NCBI GenBank assembly: GCA_049514515.1
Contig: JBEKUZ010000014.1
Span: forward strand, 2,955 to 66,954
DNA: 64,000 nucleotides
Direction: 5' to 3'
Source of the DNA: Thermodesulfobacteriota bacterium
GTDB taxonomy: Bacteria; Desulfobacterota; BSN033; UBA1163
The notes beneath the pieces were generated by a model. The model was not told the DNA's origin. It was given only the letters and a program-made list of their open reading frames with translations, and ran no database searches. The position numbers and the translations under genes are program-made. The number at the start of each line of letters is the position of its first letter. The stretch's first letter is position 1. Positions 45,770 to 53,382 of this stretch are shown here, one piece after another.

Positions 45770-46849
45770 ATGCTCAAAATAATATCCATAATATTTTTGT
45801 TTATCCTAACATTTTCCGGTACCGGCTTATCGTTTGACAAAATGGAAATACCGATTTCTAGTGTATTTGGCGAGAATCTATTCACTGATAACCAATCGAA
45901 AATACTATTTGTTGACGGCTTTAAGGGTTTGTATTCAATTGATCTGGCAAGTAAGAAAGTTAACCGGATTGGAAACTATAAGATGGTTACAGGAATTTAT
46001 TCAACACCTAAGGGAATATTCTTGATCTATGATAAATATAATAAATCTGAGCGTAAGGGTGTATCACGTCTATCTGTTTTGGGGGACGGATACCATGAAG
46101 TATTCCAGAGAGAATACACGAGGTGGTATGGTCATGCCTATCCGATGGCTGCGCCGGACGGGAGACATATTGCTTTAACCGAGTATATTGCCACTTCTGG
46201 TAGCCTGGATCTAATAATTATGGATACGGATGGCAAAGAGGAAAAACACGTGTCAGGTTTGGAAAGCAAACATACTTTACCAACATTTTTGTGGAGTGGT
46301 GATAGTAATTTATTATACTTGCTGAGATCGAATGGGAATAATACGGAATTCTGCATGTATGATATTCGCGATGGCACAATAAAAACCATTCATGACGAAG
46401 CGAACATGGAAGTATCTTACACTTTCCCAAAATTATTGAAAAACGGACATATATTGTTCCTGGGAAAAGATTCGAACGGGGGACTTATAATTGGCAAATA
46501 TGACCTGATGCTTTCTTTGACTACGGTAAAAAAAATTGATATGAGCGATGATTATGATGATTTCATGATGTCCATATCAGAATTGCCTGACAATTTATAT
46601 TTATGTGAAGTAGTAAGAGCTTCGAACAAACATAAATTGTCGGTAGATAAACATACGTTGATATTATTTGATGACTCATTGGAAATAAAAAAAGTTATTG
46701 AGATAACCGCGAAAAACTTAACACCAATAGCCTACAACCAAATGCTCAAGGAAATGTTATTTTTTAGAAATGAAAGGGAGCTTATCGGAATGGACTTTGG
46801 AAGGGAAGAGAACGGCCAACCCTTGATAGAGGTCATCGTAAAAAAATAG
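45770..46849 (+). CDS. secreted TolB-like beta-propeller (PD40-repeat) protein, low-GC gene
   Basis: Signal peptide MLKIISIIFLFILTFSGTGLS and SD gaaggaggagg. The gene is AT-rich compared with its neighbours. Confidence 0.6.
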   Translation: MLKIISIIFLFILTFSGTGLSFDKMEIPISSVFGENLFTDNQSKILFVDGFKGLYSIDLASKKVNRIGNYKMVTGIYSTPKGIFLIYDKYNKSERKGVSRLSVLGDGYHEVFQREYTRWYGHAYPMAAPDGRHIALTEYIATSGSLDLIIMDTDGKEEKHVSGLESKHTLPTFLWSGDSNLLYLLRSNGNNTEFCMYDIRDGTIKTIHDEANMEVSYTFPKLLKNGHILFLGKDSNGGLIIGKYDLMLSLTTVKKIDMSDDYDDFMMSISELPDNLYLCEVVRASNKHKLSVDKHTLILFDDSLEIKKVIEITAKNLTPIAYNQMLKEMLFFRNERELIGMDFGREENGQPLIEVIVKK

Positions 46850-47110
46850 TTGGCCCCTTGGTTTCAAGCGTTGAATGCCGATGCTTGATTTCCATCGTAA
46901 TCGTTGAACCTACGAATCGTTTCAGAGCAAGACTTGCAGGTGTACTCCTCAATTTATGACAAGTCACGCCCACCCATGACCCCTAAAGGTATATTTCAAG
47001 TCGACAATTTTTCTCGCCGCAGCTTGGTTATTCGGTTATATTTATTTCAACCTTGTCGCACAAGATTGCAAGAAAAATCCGCAGCAGCATCCGGTTTAAG
47101 GAGAGCGTGA

Positions 47111-49216
47111 ATGACAAAGGGGATCAGCCGTCGAGGGTTTTTGAAGGGTAGCATTGCCGGGGTCTGCCTGTCCTTTTTTAATCCCTTTCAAAGAGTAGCA
47201 AAGGGCCAAGCAACTCCGTCCAGTCCTCTCTTCTGGATTCAGGATATTCCTGTTCAATCCTTTCCTTCGGAAGACAGCAATCATCATGCCGGACTCGACG
47301 CTCTTCTTCAATTGATGGGAGGGAATGGCTTAAAATTCTACCGCTCTGCTCAAGAAACACCTCTCAGCGGCCCTTCGGGCATGATCGAGCCTGACGATGT
47401 CGTTTTAATTAAAGTGAATGCCCAATGGAAATATCGGGGCTGCACAAACAGTGATCTCATCCGGGGACTGATCCAGGCGATCCTGGACCACCCTGATGGG
47501 TTCTCGGGTGAAATTGTCATTTTCGATAACGGCCAGGGCCGGGGAAGCCTCAATTGCGATACGAGTTCGGGCTATCCGAATGGCGCTGTCCATGCCAACG
47601 CCAATAACGAGAACCAGAGTTTCCTTTACCTCGTCAATACTGTTTTCAATGATCCCCGGCTTTCCGCGTATCTGCTCGACCGCATCGGAGGCACCTTCAT
47701 TGGAGCCAACGATCACGTGAAGGATGGTTATCGGATATATGAAAAAGTCTCCTATCCCTGTTTTACCACAGACGGGGGACACCGGGTCGAATTGAGGGAA
47801 GGTCTTTGGCAGGGAAACGCGTACAGCCAAAAACTCAAATTGATTAATGTCCCGGTCCTTAAAACTCACGGCGGCTCGAACATGACTGCCTCTCTTAAAC
47901 ATTTTTACGGAGTGGTTTCAATGAATGATGGCAATAGCGACTTCCGTCATTACGATGGCCTTGGACAGACCACCGGAAAGATGATGGTCTCGGTCCGGAC
48001 GCCGGTGTTGAATATCATTGATGCGATCTGGGTCTCTTTTTCATCTCTATCGGGATATCCAGCCAATGCGACCTTTCAGGCCAGTCAAATCCTGGCAAGC
48101 CAGGACCCTGTCGCCCTCGACTACTGGGCGGCCAAATATATCCTCTATCCCATCAGCCAGAACTCCGGTCACTTCCCAGCCCCGGGAGGCATTATCGACA
48201 AATGGCTGACCGATGCCCGAGATCTCATCAATGGGCGTGGAGGCCTATCTAATCCTGATGCCGGAATCTTGATCGAGGCTGTCACAAAAGATGAGCAGCA
48301 GATGTTGACCCATGTATTCGCTTTAGCCGATTCCGTCTCAATCCCTAATACTCCGCAAGGATCTGCCAACGGACTGACAGGCACGATTTACACCTATACC
48401 ACAGGTGGATCAATATCCAGCACAGGTAACCCGGTTCAGTATCTATTTGACTGGGGGGATGGGACGAACTCGGGTTGGCTTCCGGCTGGCCAATCTATGG
48501 CGTCCAAATCCTGGGCCTCGGCTGGCATGTATCAGGTAAAGGTCCAAGCCCGATGCGCCTATCAGACAACGGGTCTGTCCCCTTGGTCCGAGACTCTTTC
48601 GGTCACAATAACTCCAATCAGCGTCTCTGTTGTCTCACCCAACGGAGCGGAGACCTGGCCAGCAGGTTCGACCCAGACGATTCGCTGGAGTTGCAACGGG
48701 AATATAGGATCTTATGTAAAAATAGAGTTGCTGAAACCGGGAACTGCAAATCACACCATCGTCTCCTCGGTCTCTGCACGAAGCGGCTCATATAAATGGA
48801 AAATTCCTTCCGACCAGGCTTTGGGAGGCGATTATAGTATTAAAGTAACCAGCAAGAGCAACAGCTCTTATACCGATACCAGCAATAACACCTTCGCCAT
48901 TATCGGGCCTCCGCCCCCAGCGATCACGGTTGTCTCTCCGAATGGAGGAGATACCTGGTCCGCAGGTACAACGCAAAAGATTCAATGGAGTTATACGGGG
49001 AATATTGGAGGTTTTGTAAAGATTGAGCTTCTCAAGCCAGGGGTAAAAAATCAAACGATCGCTTCTTTTGCTTCGATCGGAAGTGGAGGGAATGGCTCGT
49101 ATAATTGGAGGATTCCTCCAAAGCAGGCGTCGGGGTCAAACTATACGATTCGGGTGACGAGCAAAAGCAATACGGGTTGTACAGATACCAGCGGTGGCGA
49201 TTTCAGCATTAATTAA
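47111..49216 (+). CDS. Tat-exported DUF362-domain protein with a PKD domain and two Ser/Thr-rich Kre9/KNH-like surface repeats
   Basis: SRRGFLKG twin-arginine motif; PKD-like YLFDWGDGT; two repeats of about 93 aa (VVSPNG.ETW.AG.TQ.I.WS..GNIG..VKIELLKPG...). Confidence 0.7.
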   Translation: MTKGISRRGFLKGSIAGVCLSFFNPFQRVAKGQATPSSPLFWIQDIPVQSFPSEDSNHHAGLDALLQLMGGNGLKFYRSAQETPLSGPSGMIEPDDVVLIKVNAQWKYRGCTNSDLIRGLIQAILDHPDGFSGEIVIFDNGQGRGSLNCDTSSGYPNGAVHANANNENQSFLYLVNTVFNDPRLSAYLLDRIGGTFIGANDHVKDGYRIYEKVSYPCFTTDGGHRVELREGLWQGNAYSQKLKLINVPVLKTHGGSNMTASLKHFYGVVSMNDGNSDFRHYDGLGQTTGKMMVSVRTPVLNIIDAIWVSFSSLSGYPANATFQASQILASQDPVALDYWAAKYILYPISQNSGHFPAPGGIIDKWLTDARDLINGRGGLSNPDAGILIEAVTKDEQQMLTHVFALADSVSIPNTPQGSANGLTGTIYTYTTGGSISSTGNPVQYLFDWGDGTNSGWLPAGQSMASKSWASAGMYQVKVQARCAYQTTGLSPWSETLSVTITPISVSVVSPNGAETWPAGSTQTIRWSCNGNIGSYVKIELLKPGTANHTIVSSVSARSGSYKWKIPSDQALGGDYSIKVTSKSNSSYTDTSNNTFAIIGPPPPAITVVSPNGGDTWSAGTTQKIQWSYTGNIGGFVKIELLKPGVKNQTIASFASIGSGGNGSYNWRIPPKQASGSNYTIRVTSKSNTGCTDTSGGDFSIN

Positions 49217-49623
49217 CTCCCCATGTCAAAGCATTGGTTGCAGCTTGTGTAGTTCATTCAACACTTCTTTGCATTATTTCTAAAGCCGTCATTCCCGATC
49301 GGTATCAGATACGGGGTATCCGGTCCCGCCTTCGGTGGGATTGAAAAGACTGGATTCTGGATCAAGTCCGGAATGACAACCAAAGCGAATGGACTTTTGG
49401 CACATAACACTGATTGGTGGAACCTCTTTAGGGTCGTTGGCTAATCGACTCCCATCATGATATAGAGGTTCATTCGGCAGTCGTATTTCCACAATTTCAG
49501 CATGAAACATCGTTCACATGTTTTGTTCTTTTTGCCTGACATAAGACTTTGTTCTGCATATATTCAGTCGTAACTTTAAAGGTATCATTCTCGCCCGTTA
49601 TGAGCCGAAAGGAGGTGCGATTT

Positions 49624-49758
49624 TATGAATCGAAGCATAGTATTCTTGGTTTCACTGTTTTTGGTTGTAGGCATGTCGTTTGTTGGTGCGGCTGCAGAAG
49701 TGAACATCAAAATCAACGTCCCCCCCTCCCCCGCCCCTGGAATTTCCAGCCCCCCCTG
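49624..49758 (+). CDS. signal-peptide-only ORF ending in a poly-C tract; probably the frameshifted 5' part of 49764-50222
   Basis: MNRSIVFLVSLFLVVGMSFVGAAAEV... followed by C7/C5/C4/C7 runs and then a stop. Confidence 0.4.
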
Positions 49759-49763
49759 ATGTA

Positions 49764-50222
49764 GTGGTAGTTCCCAGTGAGCAAAACGATGTCTATTGGG
49801 TGCCGGGCACGGTAGGTCTTTATTTTTTCGGAGGCTTCTGGTATCGCTTCCACGAAGGCTACTGGTATAGGGCTGCCCATTATCGAGGACCCTGGGTAAC
49901 TATTTATGAAAACCTTGTTCCCAGACCTATCGTGGTTATACCCCCTGATTATATCCTCAGTTTGCCCCCAGGATACCACCGGATACACTATGGTGAATTC
50001 CATAGCCATTGGAGGGATTGGGGTCGTGATCACTACTGGGGCAGAAAGCCTTGGTATAGAGAACACGCCGAGCATCATTGGGGAGGCAGAGAATTCCATA
50101 GGCCGCCGGCTGGTGCAGGACCGAAAGTGGAAGGAGAGAAAGGGTCAAAAACCGCAGGCCCTGAGGCTGGGAAACCAGCTGGTGAACATCCGAAAACTGG
50201 TCATCCAGCGAAGCCCGAGTGA
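49764..50222 (+). CDS. His/Trp/Tyr/Arg-rich secreted hypothetical protein (mature part)
   Basis: GTG-initiated ORF with no signal peptide of its own. It lies immediately after the signal-peptide ORF, in another frame. Confidence 0.45.
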   Translation: MVVPSEQNDVYWVPGTVGLYFFGGFWYRFHEGYWYRAAHYRGPWVTIYENLVPRPIVVIPPDYILSLPPGYHRIHYGEFHSHWRDWGRDHYWGRKPWYREHAEHHWGGREFHRPPAGAGPKVEGEKGSKTAGPEAGKPAGEHPKTGHPAKPE

Positions 50223-50421
50223 CTTGTTTCAACATAGATGTACCCGTAGACTATTAAGTCCTTGTCCCTGTTTGGGGCAAGGACTTTTTTATTGCCAACA
50301 AACCTCGGGGCGGGCTTGCGAATCTCAAAAGATACAACCCTATGGCCTTAAGATTCAGTCTGTCTTTGACTCGTTGCTAAAATGAGGTATAATTCATACC
50401 AAAAGGAAAGGAGGAGAAAAT

Positions 50422-50844
50422 ATGAGAAAAATATGTTTTATCGTCATGTTGGTTTTAATCTCCACTTCTGTTTTTGCAGCCGAGCCCGAATCGCCGAGAT
50501 CCAAGGCGGAGAACTTCCTTGCCTTGTTGCAGCAGGGGAGCATAGGCACAGCCTACGATCAACTATTCAAGGGGTCGAGCATCGCGACGGACAGACCCCA
50601 AGTGGTGACACTGCTTATGCAGCAGACACAGTCGGGTTTGGCGTCGTACGGAAAGGTGCTTGGTTACGAAATAGTGCATGAGGAACAATTGGGCAGTTCG
50701 GTAGTACGATTGGTTTATTTCTTGAAATCCGAAAAGGCTCCGACGACCTGGGAGTTCTATTTTTATAAACCAAAATCCACCTGGTTTCTTGCGAATGTGA
50801 CGTTTAATGATCAGTTTCAGTTTTTGGACAAAAAGAGTAGATAG
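50422..50844 (+). CDS. secreted hypothetical protein (140 aa)
   Basis: Signal peptide and SD aaaggaggag. Confidence 0.6.
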   Translation: MRKICFIVMLVLISTSVFAAEPESPRSKAENFLALLQQGSIGTAYDQLFKGSSIATDRPQVVTLLMQQTQSGLASYGKVLGYEIVHEEQLGSSVVRLVYFLKSEKAPTTWEFYFYKPKSTWFLANVTFNDQFQFLDKKSR

Positions 50845-51129
50845 CGTGGATTTTAAGTCTTAGTAAGATAGAGGGGATAAAGGCTGTCCCGGATTATTTT
50901 CGAAATTTCCAGGCGGCAACCCACTATTGGGAGACAGTTTCGCACTCCCATTTTTTCTCTGACTGGAGGGTAACTTGCTTAAGGCCAGCGACTCCCCTCC
51001 TCCTTGACTTCAGGCTAAAGCTAATCATATTCTAAATGAAGGTCTCCCATCACGTCTATTCTGTTGGAGTAGATAGCCAAAAAGAGCAGATTTCCCACAA
51101 ATCAAATCTCTGAAAAGGGAGGTCGCGCC

Positions 51130-51711
51130 ATGAAGAAAGGAGTGACGGGTACGAGAAAAAGAGGTTTCGGGACGTTGGTTCTCGCCGCATGTCTCACACT
51201 TGCCACCGGAATTTTTTCCGTCACGATTTCCTCTGCCAAAACGGCCAAGGAGATCAATTCAGAGGTCGATGCGGCCCTGGAACTTTTTCTTCAGCACGTA
51301 AAAGGTGGGAAGGAGTTCCTCAACGCGGCCAAAGGTGTGCTTGTTATTCCGAACATTGTAAAGGCAGGGGTGGGAGTAGGCGGCGAGTATGGCGAGGGTG
51401 CCATGAGGATTGGAGGAAAGACGGTTGAATATTATAGCATCGCAGCCGGCTCTGTCGGCTTTCAAATCGGAGCCCAGAAGACAAACTTGATCCTTGTATT
51501 TAAGCAGGACGGGGCCCTTAATAATTTTCGGAAGAGTTCCGGCTGGAAGGCGGGTGTGGACGGGTCAGTAACCTTTATCGACGTCGGGGCGGGAAAATCC
51601 CTCGACACGATCAACATTAAGGACCCTATTGTCGCCTTCATGTACGGTCAGAGGGGTTTGATGGCAAGCGCAACCATCGAAGGCGCGAAGTTTACCAAAT
51701 TGGTGAGATAA
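51130..51711 (+). CDS. secreted SYLF (DUF500) domain lipid-binding-like protein
   Basis: GGEYGEGAM...GAQKTNLILVF...GWKAGVDGSV pattern typical of SYLF domains; SD aagggaggt. Confidence 0.6.
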   Translation: MKKGVTGTRKRGFGTLVLAACLTLATGIFSVTISSAKTAKEINSEVDAALELFLQHVKGGKEFLNAAKGVLVIPNIVKAGVGVGGEYGEGAMRIGGKTVEYYSIAAGSVGFQIGAQKTNLILVFKQDGALNNFRKSSGWKAGVDGSVTFIDVGAGKSLDTINIKDPIVAFMYGQRGLMASATIEGAKFTKLVR

Positions 51712-51731
51712 TATTCTGGAAGCCGTATGCT

Positions 51732-52322
51732 TTAATCGATCCATACCGCTGCCGGTTTCCTCGGCCTTTTGGGTCCCTCCTCGAGAACGAGCAGTCCAAA
51801 GAGAGTAATCCTAACACTGGCAAGACCGAGGGGCGCGCGCCGCGTAGGGAAATGGAGAGATTCTACCCGCCCACTCAAACCGGGGGCGGGAAAATGTACA
51901 ATGGGTTCGCGCGGAATCAAGAGAGCTGCCACTCTTATAGAGCCATAGATCATCCAGACTGAGGCAAATTCCACCAATCCCAAAAGACCTGTTTCCAACC
52001 ACCCGACATCGTAACGAAACCCAAAGCTGTACTGAACCCCATCCTTCAATATCTCGTCTTTTTTGCTAACAATCATTTTTCTCAACTGGCTTCTGATTCT
52101 TAACTGTTTGATCCGAGATAGCAGAAAGAAGGCTTCGTTCTTTGATAAAAGCCCGTCAAGACTGTCCAACTTTTCCTGGGTGGACATTCGTTTCCAGTTA
52201 TCGGGAAGAGTGACATCGACTTCGTTCTTGTCAAAAAACCACTCGTGATAGAGGATGGGAATCGCTCCGGCAAGAATAGATGATACTAATGCGAATCCAA
52301 GAACAACTTTTCGCATATTCAT
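51732..52322 (-). CDS. hypothetical exported protein
   Basis: N-terminal hydrophobic segment; no recognised motif. Confidence 0.45.
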   Translation of the reverse strand: MNMRKVVLGFALVSSILAGAIPILYHEWFFDKNEVDVTLPDNWKRMSTQEKLDSLDGLLSKNEAFFLLSRIKQLRIRSQLRKMIVSKKDEILKDGVQYSFGFRYDVGWLETGLLGLVEFASVWMIYGSIRVAALLIPREPIVHFPAPGLSGRVESLHFPTRRAPLGLASVRITLFGLLVLEEGPKRPRKPAAVWID

Positions 52323-52407
52323 TCTTCAAAACTCCCGCCGCTACCCCGGTTACCTTCAAAATGTCTTTCGCCGGTCACTTCAACCTATGGATTCTTCTTT
52401 CACCCTT

Positions 52408-53214
52408 TCAAACCTTCATCCCAGGCAGGTTCAGGGAGGCCGTGTTGCCGCCGTCAACAGGAAGAGCCTGGCCCGTAATATAACTGGCTTCATCGCTGGC
52501 CAGGAAGAGAATTGCATAAGCCACCTCCTCCGGCAAGCCATAGCGCCGCAGCTCGCAGCGGCTGCCCAATTTTTCCTCCTTCCCCGCCTTACGGGCATAG
52601 TCAAAGACGGGTTTGGTCATGCCGGTCTCGATCAGACCGGGGCAGACCGCGTTCACCCGGACATTGAACCCTCCAAGGTCGCAAGCTGCGGTCTGGGTGA
52701 AGTTGATAATGGCTGCCTTACTGGCGCTATAGGAATTGGCCCCGGCCCCTGACCGGATTCCAGCCACCGAAGCCATATTCACAATCGCCCCCGACCTGCG
52801 TTCCTGCATATGTTTGGCCACATGTTTCGTCCCATAGACGGCGCCCAAGACGTTGATCTCGTAAATTCTCTTCCACTCCTCTGGGGATTGCTCTTCCAAC
52901 GTAGAGACCTGCGCCGTTACGCCTGCGATGTTGCAAAGAATATCGATTTTGGAATACGTCTTGAGAGCTAAGTCAATCAGTTCCTTGACTTCCTCTTCAA
53001 CAGCCACACTCGTCTTTTTTATGAACGCCTCTCCCCCTTCCTGCTCGACCAGCTTCAGCGTTTCCTTTAGCCCATCGATATTCTTATCCGTCGCCAGAGC
53101 GAGTTTGGCTCCTTCTCTTGCAAAAACGACTGCCGTAGCCCGGCCAATCCCGCTGGCAGCCCCTGTGATCACAGCAACTTTTCCTTCCAAGCGACCCTTT
53201 CTATCGACCTTCAT
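52408..53214 (-). CDS. SDR-family short-chain dehydrogenase/reductase
   Basis: TGAASGIGRA (NAD(P) binding) and YSASKAA catalytic motif. Confidence 0.85.
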   Translation of the reverse strand: MKVDRKGRLEGKVAVITGAASGIGRATAVVFAREGAKLALATDKNIDGLKETLKLVEQEGGEAFIKKTSVAVEEEVKELIDLALKTYSKIDILCNIAGVTAQVSTLEEQSPEEWKRIYEINVLGAVYGTKHVAKHMQERRSGAIVNMASVAGIRSGAGANSYSASKAAIINFTQTAACDLGGFNVRVNAVCPGLIETGMTKPVFDYARKAGKEEKLGSRCELRRYGLPEEVAYAILFLASDEASYITGQALPVDGGNTASLNLPGMKV

Positions 53215-53382
53215 GATGTCACCTCCAGAATGGTTTTGTTTTTGTTAGTCTGCTCGTTTCAGAGATCATCCGTAGCATTTTTTTTTAAAATATTTAAGAA
53301 AAGTTTTCAATCTGGTATTACAGGGGAACGGCCAATGGACTTACTGAAGAGGCTGTCCAAGGTAACAGGTTACCCCAATAGC

